64,000 bases of DNA from Minisyncoccota bacterium (GCA_023137615.1 JAGLOS010000001.1:1067-65066); one strand, 5' to 3'; positions 20,003-29,525 are shown, counted from the stretch's first letter. The notes: generated from the letters alone by a model not told the origin. Made by a program: numbers and translations.

Positions 20003-20185
20003 TTATTTCTCCCAATCCTCTACGATAAGCTTTTTGCCTACCTTACGAACGGTGAGTTTTTGTCTTTCTTTCCACCCGAGTTCTCGAATGTACCCTATCG
20101 GTAATGTTATGCCGTAACTTGAGCCACCGGCAAACTTGGTGAGCTTGCGAATGTTCTCTTCCCCTATTTTTCGCCGTGTTTTCAT
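20003..20185 (-). CDS. AbrB/MazE/SpoVT family DNA-binding protein
   Basis: IRKLTK..GSSYGITLP..IRELGW...L.V swapped-hairpin pattern. Confidence 0.8.
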   Translation of the reverse strand: MKTRRKIGEENIRKLTKFAGGSSYGITLPIGYIRELGWKERQKLTVRKVGKKLIVEDWEK

Positions 20186-20200
20186 ATACCCCATTATACC

Positions 20201-20232
20201 AAACATCTACGTAGATATCTACGTAGATGTTT
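20201..20232. promoter_or_regulatory. perfect 32-bp palindrome, candidate operator
   Basis: aaac-ATCTACGTAGAT-ATCTACGTAGAT-gttt next to the minus-strand TATAAT at 20193-20198. Confidence 0.6.
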
Positions 20233-20369
20233 GAGGTTAAAATAGATGAGTTCTGACCCTCCCCTCCTGATTTTTTTTGTTTCCTTTTTATTCTTTATGT
20301 TAAACTGGTATTAATTAGTGGTAATAATTACATTACGCAGAATTTGGATAAATTTCGATAAACAAAAAT

Positions 20370-21893
20370 ATGAAAAAGGTAATAATAATATTTTTATTTA
20401 TAATAATAATTTTTGCAGCCTACGCATTTTACGAAAACGAGCGGCAGAATAGTAAATATTTTATTTACACAAATGATTATAAGCCGAGTCTTAGTAGTAA
20501 AACCGCTGAATACGACAAGCTTGATTGCTCAAACGATGGAACCAAAGATTGCATAATACTAGCTGAAGAGATCAAAAATGTTTCCGAAAAAATTGCAAAT
20601 TTATTAACAAAAGAAGATAATTTTTATGATCAAATTAAAAATTATGAATATGAAGAAATTAACAGTCAAGATGCCAACCTGTTAAAAAAAGAAAGCAATA
20701 GTAATTTTGTTGATAGTACCTTAGAAAAATATAAAGAAATGGGTTTTGATATAGAATACTTCAAACATGGCAAAATTGAAGCTATTTTAGATGACGGGGG
20801 TATATTATTTACCGACAATACTGATGAAGATCTATATTTTTATGACACCGGATACATATTCAAGGCACCATGTGATAATGATGTAAAAAAGGCAAAAGCG
20901 GTTTTGAATAAAGATGGTTTTATAGATGGGATATACCAAATTGATAATAATTGTGAAACTTATTATTACATTGGTCGTAAAAAATTTTACGATAGAATAA
21001 TAAAATCATATACGGGAAGGGAAAAACTTTTAGGATATGATTATGCAAACAGATTAACACTTAATGACGATAAAACAGCTTTTGCTTTTTTTTATTCATA
21101 CCCCCATGAAGCAAGTTTATTAAGCGCAAAAGACAGAAGCCGTAGTAATTTTTTAGCATATCAAGATATTTCAGAGATAAGAACAACCATGAATATTCTT
21201 GATACCTTAACGGATAAAGGTCTGGAAGTATCAGAAAAAATTCTTGAAATAAATGAAAAATTTGAAAAAAGTATCGTTACAAACACTTTAAACACTCTTT
21301 TACCAAAAAAAATAACAAATAGTGGAATTGAGCCCGAAGAAATGTACGATATTGTCATAGGAAATGAAACTAATATTTATAACAAACTAATGGGAAAGAA
21401 AACTCTCGATGATAGCGAGAATAGCGAGGAGGAAGAGATGAATACTAATAGTTATACTTTTGAAACAATAACTATGTATGACAAAGATGGCAAAAGATAC
21501 CCGACCGGCAGTGCAATACCGGAGATCTATAAAATGTGCTGGATTGGAAATGATCTATATTTTAGAGCTGACATTAACCCTAGGACCAAAGTGGTTGCAG
21601 ATATCTATACGATCAATTTTGAAAAAGTAGATTCTCGTAAAGAACCAAAATTAATACTAACAAATGACCCCGATGACCGTTCAAAATATTATTATCTTAC
21701 CGGGTGTTCTTCAAAGTTCGATCGTTTATATGTTGAATCATCCGGGGCTGAAAAATTTGGATATCTTGATCTAGACACCAAGGATATAACTTATCTTTTT
21801 GATACTAATGATATTACAGATTTACGAATCAATAATGAACTCATGAGCTTCGTTGATGAGTTTGGAAATAACTATATATTGGAATTAAATTAA
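20370..21893 (+). CDS. hypothetical exported/membrane-anchored protein
   Basis: 507-aa AT-rich ORF with N-terminal hydrophobic helix; no family recognised. Confidence 0.75.
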   Translation: MKKVIIIFLFIIIIFAAYAFYENERQNSKYFIYTNDYKPSLSSKTAEYDKLDCSNDGTKDCIILAEEIKNVSEKIANLLTKEDNFYDQIKNYEYEEINSQDANLLKKESNSNFVDSTLEKYKEMGFDIEYFKHGKIEAILDDGGILFTDNTDEDLYFYDTGYIFKAPCDNDVKKAKAVLNKDGFIDGIYQIDNNCETYYYIGRKKFYDRIIKSYTGREKLLGYDYANRLTLNDDKTAFAFFYSYPHEASLLSAKDRSRSNFLAYQDISEIRTTMNILDTLTDKGLEVSEKILEINEKFEKSIVTNTLNTLLPKKITNSGIEPEEMYDIVIGNETNIYNKLMGKKTLDDSENSEEEEMNTNSYTFETITMYDKDGKRYPTGSAIPEIYKMCWIGNDLYFRADINPRTKVVADIYTINFEKVDSRKEPKLILTNDPDDRSKYYYLTGCSSKFDRLYVESSGAEKFGYLDLDTKDITYLFDTNDITDLRINNELMSFVDEFGNNYILELN

Positions 21894-21905
21894 CTCCTAT
21901 TTTCA

Positions 21906-21929
21906 AGCAAGGTCAGACCTTGCTAGGAA
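21906..21929. repeat. REP-like palindrome (aaggtcNgacctt), copy 1
   Basis: agcaaggtc-a-gaccttgct; recurs at 22750-22770. Confidence 0.6.
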
Positions 21930-22108
21930 TTTGCTATCCGGCTCTGAAACTCTTTAGTAAAAAGAAAGGGGAACAATAAGAAATGCTACACCATATCTTT
22001 TGTTATTAAACCGTGGTTCTATTTACACAGAGCAGAGATTTATGCCTATTTAGTTGGATAATTTTTTGGTAAAATAAGGAAGAAATTAAGAGCTAATGAT
22101 TTAAATAT

Positions 22109-22723
22109 ATGAAAAACAATTCTTCTAAAAAATGCGTTCTGATTGCAGTTATTATCGTTCTCGGGATCATCGCTATACTCTTTTATTTATTTAACCCACC
22201 AACCAAAAATTATTTTCTTAATTCCGGTAATACTCATTCAGTCGTTTCAGACGAATATCACAAGACTGGAACTGTAGACGCTTGGGTTTATCATTTTGGA
22301 GAATGGACTCCGAATAAAGCAGAAACCTATGGTTCTTTAATAAAATTTAATATTCTGGAATTAGAGAATGAAAAAACAGCGATGCTCCATCTTAATATCC
22401 AGGCTTTTGATAATAAAACGATCAAGGGTCAGCGTTGTTCTGAATCTAAAAAATTTAATGTTAAGAAAATTCTTTCTTCTTGGGATTACAAAACCGTAGG
22501 TTATTCTGGGATAGAGAATTTGCAAAACAACGGTGAGGTAATTGCTAATTTTACCGTTGACCCGGACGACAGTTTCGTAGAAGTGGAACTGCCGGTTAGC
22601 GAGCTCGCTGCTAATGGTTTTACCATTAGCCAAGCAGACGGAGTTTTATGTAGAGTTTCTTTTTATTCCCATTCAGACGATAATAATTCTGAAAAACATC
22701 CTTATTTTATTGTGAATAATTAG
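22109..22723 (+). CDS. exported protein, DNRLRE/CBM96-like beta-sandwich domain
   Basis: signal/TM; DAWV, SLIKFNI, AMLHL, W..KTV.Y, F.S......P pattern. Confidence 0.6.
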   Translation: MKNNSSKKCVLIAVIIVLGIIAILFYLFNPPTKNYFLNSGNTHSVVSDEYHKTGTVDAWVYHFGEWTPNKAETYGSLIKFNILELENEKTAMLHLNIQAFDNKTIKGQRCSESKKFNVKKILSSWDYKTVGYSGIENLQNNGEVIANFTVDPDDSFVEVELPVSELAANGFTISQADGVLCRVSFYSHSDDNNSEKHPYFIVNN

Positions 22724-22749
22724 TTTTTTAAGAAGGTTTAACTCTCTGT

Positions 22750-22770
22750 AAGGTCGGACCTTGCTGGGAA
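22750..22770. repeat. REP-like palindrome, copy 2
   Basis: aaggtcggaccttgctgggaa versus aaggtcagaccttgctaggaa. Confidence 0.6.
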
Positions 22771-22850
22771 CACCTTTTATAATTAACCCCTCCCATTAAC
22801 TCGCAGAGTTTGATTTTGACTCTTATTAAAAGTATAGTATATATATTATT

Positions 22851-23027
22851 ATGTCTATATTTGGATTCCTAAAAAAGAATAAAAAAGACTTTAAAGCTGT
22901 TGCGGAAAGACAGCTGATTGAGAATGCATCAGTGCTTAAATCTTTGCGAGATCATGATGAAGGGAAAAAAGAAATTTCAACCACTGACGTCAAAAAACGT
23001 TTGCCAAATATACAAACTACTTCATAG
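22851..23027 (+). CDS. small protein (58 aa), putative antitoxin partner of Fic/Doc
   Basis: MSIFGFLKK..ENASVLKSLRDHDEGKKEIST..; overlaps the start of the Fic-like remnant; below the ORF-track cutoff. Confidence 0.55.
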   Translation: MSIFGFLKKNKKDFKAVAERQLIENASVLKSLRDHDEGKKEISTTDVKKRLPNIQTTS

Positions 23028-23237
23028 TAGAGGTCTTGTTTCGTTTCCAATCACCCAAGATGCAAAAAATTCACAGCTTCTTTGTCATTGGAAATTATTT
23101 GCGAATTAAATGATCTGGAACCAAATTATTATGATTTCTCTCTTGACCAACTGGCTGTTTTTGTGGAACAAGTAAAAACACAAAAACATCAGCAATTTAT
23201 ACGCTTGTTAGCAAGCACTTTATTCGTGAGCAAGTAA
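22954..23237 (+). pseudogene. Fic/Doc-like toxin with central deletion and frameshift
   Basis: N-part QPLTSKNVCQIYKLLH..SFPITQD joined out of frame to TASLSLEIICELNDLEP..LDQLAVFVE..; no HPFxDGNKR motif. Confidence 0.55.
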
Positions 23238-23421
23238 TAATAATTTCTAACCTTAACTTGCCTGTCCGCATTGCAAACAAGGCAGCATTTGCCGCCTTGC
23301 TCTAAAATTTTTTAGTAAAAAGAAAAAAACTTACCCACTTTTTTTAATGGGTAAATGAATCTTATAATGGTAAAATATCAGGTAATAAGAATCTCCGGTA
23401 TTTAGCGATAATCAAAACTTT

Positions 23422-24516
23422 ATGTCAAAAAAAGAACTAACGAAAAAGATTAGTTGCTCCTTGATCTTTCTATACCTTTTTCTTCTAAGCATGAAGCTTA
23501 TGTCCTCTTCGTTCAAAATGTTCGGGGAGGATTTTTCAGATCAGCTGATCTCTCTAACCTCTGATCCGTTCGTTGCTTTGTTCGTCGGAATTTTGGTTAC
23601 GAGTGTTGTACAGAGTTCTTCTTTTACGACATCTCTAACAGTGGGACTGGTTGCCAGCGGATGTCTAACGCTCGGCGGGGCAATACCGATCGTACTGGGT
23701 GCGAATATCGGGACGACCATTACCAACACTATCGTTTCAATTTCGCACATCCGCAAAAAAGGTGAATTCAAAAAAGCGTTTGAAGCAGCGATCCTCCACG
23801 ACATTCATAATGTGCTCGCGGTAATTATCTTTTTTCCGCTTGAATTAAAATTTCATCTTCTGGAAAGATCATCACTAGCAGTGACAAATTTTATTTTTAA
23901 CTGCGGCTCTGCCTCTGACGCTATTGCCAAAAGTTCGTTTACAAGCCCCCTTAGTTACATTCTTAATCCTCCTGTAAACCTTTTTAAAAGCGCGTTGAGC
24001 GACCATGCTTTTATTCTCGCAATAATATCTTTGGCAATGCTTTTCTTTTCACTTTCGTCTTTTGTAAAAATTCTCAAACCTCTTGCCAAAACAGAGCTCA
24101 AAGAGATCATTCATCATTCAATTTTCAAAAACCCGCGAAGAAGTTTTGTTTTTGGAATATTGCTTACCGCGTTTGTGCAAAGCAGCTCAGTAACCACATC
24201 AATGATCATTCCTTTTGCCGGTTTGGGTATCTTAGAGCTGGAAGCGATCTACCCTTATGTTCTGGGAGCAAACGTCGGCACCACAATAACGGCTCTTTTG
24301 GTCGCTTTTACTCTGGGAAGTTATGCTGCGGTTACTGTTGCCATGGCGCACTGTTTGTTCAATTTGTTCGGCGGTCTTCTTATTTATCCTTTTAAATTTA
24401 TTCCAATAGGTATTTCCAGAAAGATCGGGAATACTGCTTTAACTTCCAGAGCAATCCCTCTGATCTATATCGCGGTTGTGTTTTTCTTGGTTCCCTTTTT
24501 GATCGTGTTTTTGTAG
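23422..24516 (+). CDS. Na+/phosphate cotransporter (NptA/SLC34 family)
   Basis: two QSSS repeats each followed by GAN(I/V)GTTIT. Confidence 0.92.
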   Translation: MSKKELTKKISCSLIFLYLFLLSMKLMSSSFKMFGEDFSDQLISLTSDPFVALFVGILVTSVVQSSSFTTSLTVGLVASGCLTLGGAIPIVLGANIGTTITNTIVSISHIRKKGEFKKAFEAAILHDIHNVLAVIIFFPLELKFHLLERSSLAVTNFIFNCGSASDAIAKSSFTSPLSYILNPPVNLFKSALSDHAFILAIISLAMLFFSLSSFVKILKPLAKTELKEIIHHSIFKNPRRSFVFGILLTAFVQSSSVTTSMIIPFAGLGILELEAIYPYVLGANVGTTITALLVAFTLGSYAAVTVAMAHCLFNLFGGLLIYPFKFIPIGISRKIGNTALTSRAIPLIYIAVVFFLVPFLIVFL

Positions 24517-24566
24517 TTTTGGCGGTTATGTCACTAAAACTACTCTATACAAGGAGTCTTTACTAC

Positions 24567-24863
24567 TTATTTGTCATGGGGTGCACTGCTCGCTCCACTT
24601 CGTTACGCTCCCAGCACTGTCCTTTGACAAAGCGACATAAAAACCGATGCTTTCGCATCGGTTTTTATGTCGGTCAAAGGGTGCCTACCCGGAATATTCA
24701 CTGCTCACTCCTTTCAGTCGTTGCGCTTTCGGAACCCACGGTTCCGAATGACCTCCTCCACGGGGGCGTTCCGCTGCCCCCGACCCCCTACGGGTTCAAA
24801 TCCGGGTAGACAACTTCTGATAACAAATAAACGACTAGCAAAAAGCTAGCCGTTTATTTGTTA
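24567..24863 (-). repeat. tRNA-His-linked element(s)
   Basis: inverted T-arm copy 24793-24809, direct 3'-end copy 24679-24693, third end copy 24567-24584. Confidence 0.85.
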
Positions 24864-24939
24864 TGGGGTGCCTACCCGGATTTGAACCGGGACTGGGGGC
24901 TCCACAAACCCCCGTGCTAACCATTACACCATAGGCACC
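24864..24939 (-). tRNA. tRNA-His(GUG)
   Basis: cloverleaf, G-1, loop tt-GTG-ga, GGTTCAAATCC, encoded CCA. Confidence 0.95.
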
Positions 24940-25203
24940 ATGGTTTTTTAAAAGCGGCATATGCCGCTTGTGTTATATTTTTACCACATGACAGTACTTA
25001 CCGCAAGAGTTCCTTTACATATTTTCCCAGTTGTTTTTGGCTTTATTACAAGATATAATAAAAAAAAGAAACATAAGTAACAACACCAAAAAGAACCAAA
25101 GCGACTCCGCTTAATACAACAATTAAAGCAGTGCTTTTTCATATTGTCGGTTTTTTTATTAATTATATTGCACAACATTTTTTAAATTTTGTGACAAATA
25201 TCT

Positions 25204-26184
25204 TTACATATCCCAAGTGAAACCGTTCCCAAAATGACCATATTGCGCGGTTTGGTAAAATTGCGGTTTGCGCAGATCAAGAAATTCAATAATAGCTTGC
25301 GGACGAAGATCATAACCTTTTACTTTTTCTTCTCTTCCGTCAACAAACGCAGTTGCCGCAAGCGGCTCGGGGTGTCCAATAGCGTATGCGATCTTCACCA
25401 CAGCTTCTTTCGCTCCCGCTTTTACATGATCCACGGCAATCTTGCGCGCCATGTATGCGGCGCTTCTATCTACTTTTGTTGCATCTTTTCCGGAAAAAGC
25501 GCCTCCCCCAACCGCAACACGCGGACCATACGCGTCCACTACGATCTTTCTGCCTGTGAGTCCCGCATCCGCGGCAAACCCACCTATTCTCCATTTACCG
25601 TTTGGATTTTTCATCCATGTTTTTTTAATATCGCCGTCAATATATGAGGCTATTTCTTTTTCAAAAACTTCATTCAAAACGACATCGCTTAAATCCCCAC
25701 TTTCACATAATGAAGTTATCACGTTAATGATCCTGCCCTCTTTTACTGTAACTTGCGCTTTGCCGTCGTGCCGCCCCATTGATCTTATCAATTTCCGAGC
25801 AAGTGACATCTCAAGCGGCATGAATTCCGGCGTCTCGTCGGTGGCATATCCAACCATGATACCTTGATCCCCCGCACCTTCATTGTCAACTCCTTTTTTA
25901 ATTTCATTACTTTGTCCGGAAACATAAACGGATATATCAACGTCATCTGTATATCCATTGTCTTTATATACTTGTTTAGCAATACTCTTGTAAACATTTT
26001 CTTCAATTGGCGCGTTTGTGGTGATCTCTCCTGTAAGCACAATATTGCCGTGCCCGCCAAGTGTCTCTATCGCCACTCGCGAATACGAGTCATGCTCCAA
26101 ACAAAAATCTAAAATAGCATCTGAGATTTGATCGCACACTTTGTCGGGGTGCGCCCGAGATACTGCTTCTGCTGTTTGAATCAT
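25204..26184 (-). CDS. metK: S-adenosylmethionine synthetase
   Basis: HPDKVCDQISDA, GAGDQG, GLTGRKIVVDAYG, GGGAFSGKDATKVDRSAAY, YGHFG. Confidence 0.96.
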   Translation of the reverse strand: MIQTAEAVSRAHPDKVCDQISDAILDFCLEHDSYSRVAIETLGGHGNIVLTGEITTNAPIEENVYKSIAKQVYKDNGYTDDVDISVYVSGQSNEIKKGVDNEGAGDQGIMVGYATDETPEFMPLEMSLARKLIRSMGRHDGKAQVTVKEGRIINVITSLCESGDLSDVVLNEVFEKEIASYIDGDIKKTWMKNPNGKWRIGGFAADAGLTGRKIVVDAYGPRVAVGGGAFSGKDATKVDRSAAYMARKIAVDHVKAGAKEAVVKIAYAIGHPEPLAATAFVDGREEKVKGYDLRPQAIIEFLDLRKPQFYQTAQYGHFGNGFTWDM

Positions 26185-26210
26185 ATTTGTAACGTAATTA
26201 TTTAATAAAC

Positions 26211-26238
26211 AAAAAACTTTCCTCGTGAGGGAAAGATA
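26211..26238 (-). terminator. riboswitch-controlled terminator
   Basis: ctttccctc-ac-gaggaaag followed by a U tract on the minus strand. Confidence 0.7.
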
Positions 26239-26259
26239 CGTTTAAGTCTGCTAGACAAT

Positions 26260-26367
26260 AGTATCTTTCCCAAAAGGGTACGAATGGAGCACCTTCCAAT
26301 TTGTGTCACCAAAAAGTGGTTGCTGGACGGATCATAGAGTCGTATCTCTTCCCGCCGCTCGTGATAT
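26260..26367 (-). ncRNA. SAM-I (S-box) riboswitch
   Basis: minus strand: ATC-acGAG..GAGA..GCAACC..GGTGCt..AAAGATA upstream of metK. Confidence 0.85.
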
Positions 26368-26461
26368 TTTTCTATATTCGATTATAAATACATACTATCA
26401 GTATGTATTTAGGATAACAAGATTGACAAGAAAGTAGTTACAAAAAAATACGCTTGACATA

Positions 26462-26892
26462 TTTTGTGCTGAGCTAGTAGGGAGTTAGTCGCGAACACTT
26501 AGTTTTTTGAATATTTCATTTCGTTTCACTCATAAAATATTCTTAAAAGGTCTTGCGGAATGGGTCCCAGCCCCTTCTCCTCCACTTCGTTACAGAGCGG
26601 GGACCCGCTGCTCCGTCTTTCAACTCCCGCTCTGGGCTACATAATACAGCAACCCCGAAGCGCTGCTTCAGGGTTGGTATTTTGTGCTGAGTTGGTAGGG
26701 AGCTGGTCACGAATCACTAAGCTTTTTGTTCGTCTTTCAGACTCCAAAAAACTAAGTGTTCGCGACCCCGACTCGCAGCCCCTTCTCCTCCACTTCGTTA
26801 CAGAGCGGGGACCCGCTGCTCCGTCTTTCAACTCCCGCTCTGGGCTACATAATACAGCAACCCCGAAGCGCTGCTTCAGGGTTGGTATTTTG
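26462..26892 (-). repeat. tRNA-Leu-linked tandem element (period 208 bp)
   Basis: 26568-26687 identical to 26776-26895; each copy holds an inverted ttcaactcccgctctgggc tRNA 3'-end copy. Confidence 0.9.
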
Positions 26893-26977
26893 TGCCCAGA
26901 GCGGGAGTTGAACCCGCACGGTCGCAATGACCACTAGCCCCTCAAGCTAGCGTGTATACCAGTTTCACCACCTGGGC
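26893..26977 (-). tRNA. tRNA-Leu(GAG)
   Basis: cloverleaf with long variable arm, loop tt-GAG-gg, GGTTCAACTCC; CCA not encoded. Confidence 0.95.
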
Positions 26978-27004
26978 AATATTAGGATTCTACCAAAAAT
27001 ATGC

Positions 27005-27043
27005 AAAAAAGAAAGAGCCGGTATTACCGGCTCTTTCTTTTTT
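27005..27043. terminator. intrinsic terminator after rplS
   Basis: aaaaagaaagagccggt-att-accggctctttcttttt. Confidence 0.8.
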
Positions 27044-27047
27044 AAAA

Positions 27048-27587
27048 TTATTTTTCTTCTTTTTTCTCTTCCTTTGGTTTTTCCTCAATTTTTTCTTCGG
27101 TCTTTTCTTCCTTTTCTCTTTTGTCCGCAGGAGCTTCGGTGATAGACGTTGCTTCAGATATTGTATCACCTTCTGTTTGTTTTTCCTCCTCTTTGGACTC
27201 TTCTACTGAAATTTCTTCTACGACAGGAGCCGACATGATCTTTCGCATCTTTCGACGAATCTCACGAGCAACCTTCTCGCGAATATAATAAAGCTTTGCC
27301 CGTCGAACTTTTGAGCGTTTTACTATTTCAACTTTATCAATGGAAGGAGAATAAATTGGGAATATCTTCTCAACCCCCACTCCGCTCATAACCTTTCGTA
27401 CCGTGAAAGTCCCACCTGTTTCTTTTCCATGTTTTACCGCAAGTACCACGCCCTCAAATTTTTGAATACGTATCTTGCCCTTTTCCTGAATTTTCAAATG
27501 AACCCGAACAGTGTCTCCTGACCGGATGTCTAATTTCTTTCGCTCCTCAATATTTACCGGCGACAATGTGATTGTTGTATTTTCCAT
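27048..27587 (-). CDS. rplS: 50S ribosomal protein L19 with E/K-rich C-terminal extension
   Basis: [39 protein letters not shown]. Confidence 0.97.
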   Translation of the reverse strand: MENTTITLSPVNIEERKKLDIRSGDTVRVHLKIQEKGKIRIQKFEGVVLAVKHGKETGGTFTVRKVMSGVGVEKIFPIYSPSIDKVEIVKRSKVRRAKLYYIREKVAREIRRKMRKIMSAPVVEEISVEESKEEEKQTEGDTISEATSITEAPADKREKEEKTEEKIEEKPKEEKKEEK

Positions 27588-27656
27588 ATAATCATTAAAA
27601 AATGTGAGTATTTACAATACCCACTAAAATAAGTACTTAGTAATCTACCACACAAA

Positions 27657-28376
27657 TTATAACTGTGCAATGGCTTTTTCAAAATCTTGAGGAAATGGAG
27701 CTTCGACAGTAATATCTTCTCCTTCTCGTGTGGAAAAACTAACAGATCTGGCATGGAGAGCAAGGCGTTCAAATTCAAGCAAACACTCACGTTTTGGGGC
27801 GTAGAGACTATCACAAACAATAGGATGATGTATTGCCTTAAGATGTACTCGTAATTGATGAGTCCGTCCTGTTTTCAGATGTAACTCTAAATACGCAACG
27901 TTTTCGCCACGTGCTAATACTTTATACTCAGTTACCGCTTCCCTTTTTAGCCCACGACTACCCGGCTGCGCGCTCCACTGTCGAAAATCCTTTTTGCTTT
28001 TCCCGATCGGTTTATCAATGACGCCCTCTTTTTCTTTTATATTTCCATACACAAAGGCATTATATATTTTTTTTATCCTCCTTTTCTGAAATTGTTCTTT
28101 AAGATATAGATATGTCTCTTGATCTTTTGCAATCACAAGCGCACCTGATGTGTCTCGATCGAGTCGATGCACGATGCCGGGGCGATAGATCACTTTCCCC
28201 TTCTGGCTTTCCCAAGGTTCCCCAACCTCTTTCATGTCCGGATACTTCTCAACAAGAATATCCGCAAGCGTCCTCTCATTTGACCGTCCGTCGCCATGTA
28301 CCATTAAACCGGTCGGTTTATTCACCGCCAGTATGTGCTCGTCTTCATACACAATGTTGAGTTGTTCAATAAACAT
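27657..28376 (-). CDS. RluA/RluD family pseudouridine synthase
   Basis: NKPTGLMVH, HRLDRDTSG, TGRTHQLRVH, LHA. Confidence 0.95.
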   Translation of the reverse strand: MFIEQLNIVYEDEHILAVNKPTGLMVHGDGRSNERTLADILVEKYPDMKEVGEPWESQKGKVIYRPGIVHRLDRDTSGALVIAKDQETYLYLKEQFQKRRIKKIYNAFVYGNIKEKEGVIDKPIGKSKKDFRQWSAQPGSRGLKREAVTEYKVLARGENVAYLELHLKTGRTHQLRVHLKAIHHPIVCDSLYAPKRECLLEFERLALHARSVSFSTREGEDITVEAPFPQDFEKAIAQL

Positions 28377-28411
28377 AAATCAAAACACGTCTCCTGTAGA
28401 CTTGTTTTACT

Positions 28412-28717
28412 CTATCTCATTTCCTTACTCTTTTCCACTCTTTGTGTTTCTTGTTCAACAAGACCCTGTTCAAACGAGAGTACTTTTTGCCAAGTGTCTG
28501 AATTGTTTTGTATCAACGCCTCCTTACGCTGTTCAAGCAATCGTGCAACAAGTACCAAATTACTCTCGTCCTCCTTACACAAATTCAAAATTTCAGAGAC
28601 CTCTTCGTCGCTCAGACCGGAAAAAAATATGTGCAAATCCTCTTTTACTTCTTCCGGCAGATTCGCATTTGTTGTTAAAATATGAAGTTGTTCTAATTCT
28701 TCGCTCATATGATTCAT
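28412..28717 (-). CDS. hypothetical protein
   Basis: 101-aa acidic helical ORF co-oriented with its neighbours. Confidence 0.6.
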   Translation of the reverse strand: MNHMSEELEQLHILTTNANLPEEVKEDLHIFFSGLSDEEVSEILNLCKEDESNLVLVARLLEQRKEALIQNNSDTWQKVLSFEQGLVEQETQRVEKSKEMR

Positions 28718-28811
28718 TTTTCTTTTCTCTTACCCCCGTATTCTCCAATAATAACTTTAAATTACTCCTCAGTAAACGCGGTTTTCCACACAAATGTTTG
28801 TCGAATAAAAT

Positions 28812-29525
28812 TTATCCCCCTTTTCTCCTTTTACGCTCCTTATACTTTTCAACGATCTCCATAAATTCTTTTTTTGTAAATGAAGGCCAGCATACTTTCG
28901 GAAAAAAGAGCTCACTATAAACCGCCTGCCAAGACAAAAAGTTAGAAAGCCTTTTTTCGCCGCTCGTACGGATAATAAGATCTGGGTCAGGCATGTCTTT
29001 TGTCCACAGATATTTAGAAAAATCTTGTTCTTTCATGGATTCAATTTCTTCGGGTGTTTTTTCACGAGAGATCTTCTTTACCGCGGAGAGTATCTCTGCT
29101 CGACCACCATATGAGACGGCAACATATAATGTGCATAAACCTTCTTCTGTTTCTTTTTCAAGCTTTTTGATCCCTTTTTGCATATCAGAAGCAAGGCGTT
29201 CTATTTGTCCAACAAATTTTATTCTCATATTTTCTTCTTTAAGCCAACTCATTTCTTTAAAAACAAGATTTCGAAAAAGATCCATCAGATAATCTATTTC
29301 TTTTTCGCTTCTATTCCAATTTTCCGTAGAAAAAGCGTAAACAATAATGTGATGAACGTCTATTTTTTTACACCACAAAGAGATCTCCTTGAGTTTTCTG
29401 TACCCTTTTCTGTGTCCTTCAAGAGTTGGGAGTCCGCGCTTTTTAGCCCAACGCCTATTACCATCCATGATTATTCCCACACACTGAGGAATATTTGCTT
29501 TCTCCGGCTGATCATTTTTTACCAT
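28812..29525 (-). CDS. uppS: undecaprenyl diphosphate synthase
   Basis: IIMDGNRRWA, FSTENWNR, YGGRAEI, DLIIRTSGEKRLSNFL. Confidence 0.97.
   Translation of the reverse strand: MVKNDQPEKANIPQCVGIIMDGNRRWAKKRGLPTLEGHRKGYRKLKEISLWCKKIDVHHIIVYAFSTENWNRSEKEIDYLMDLFRNLVFKEMSWLKEENMRIKFVGQIERLASDMQKGIKKLEKETEEGLCTLYVAVSYGGRAEILSAVKKISREKTPEEIESMKEQDFSKYLWTKDMPDPDLIIRTSGEKRLSNFLSWQAVYSELFFPKVCWPSFTKKEFMEIVEKYKERKRRKGG

Noticed and set aside
24519-24849. ORFs of 96 and 60 aa
   Set aside because: They lie over the tRNA-His-linked palindromic elements; no protein-like features.
24981-25178. Cys-rich 65-aa ORF between metK and tRNA-His
   Set aside because: No recognisable family; an alternative frame gives a hydrophobic peptide without a clear start, so coding status is unresolved.
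26560-26937. ORFs of 125 aa (+) and 96 aa (-), and a possible CRISPR-like array
   Set aside because: They overlap tRNA-Leu and its repeat. Only two 120-bp units exist, with no short repeat-spacer periodicity and no cas genes.
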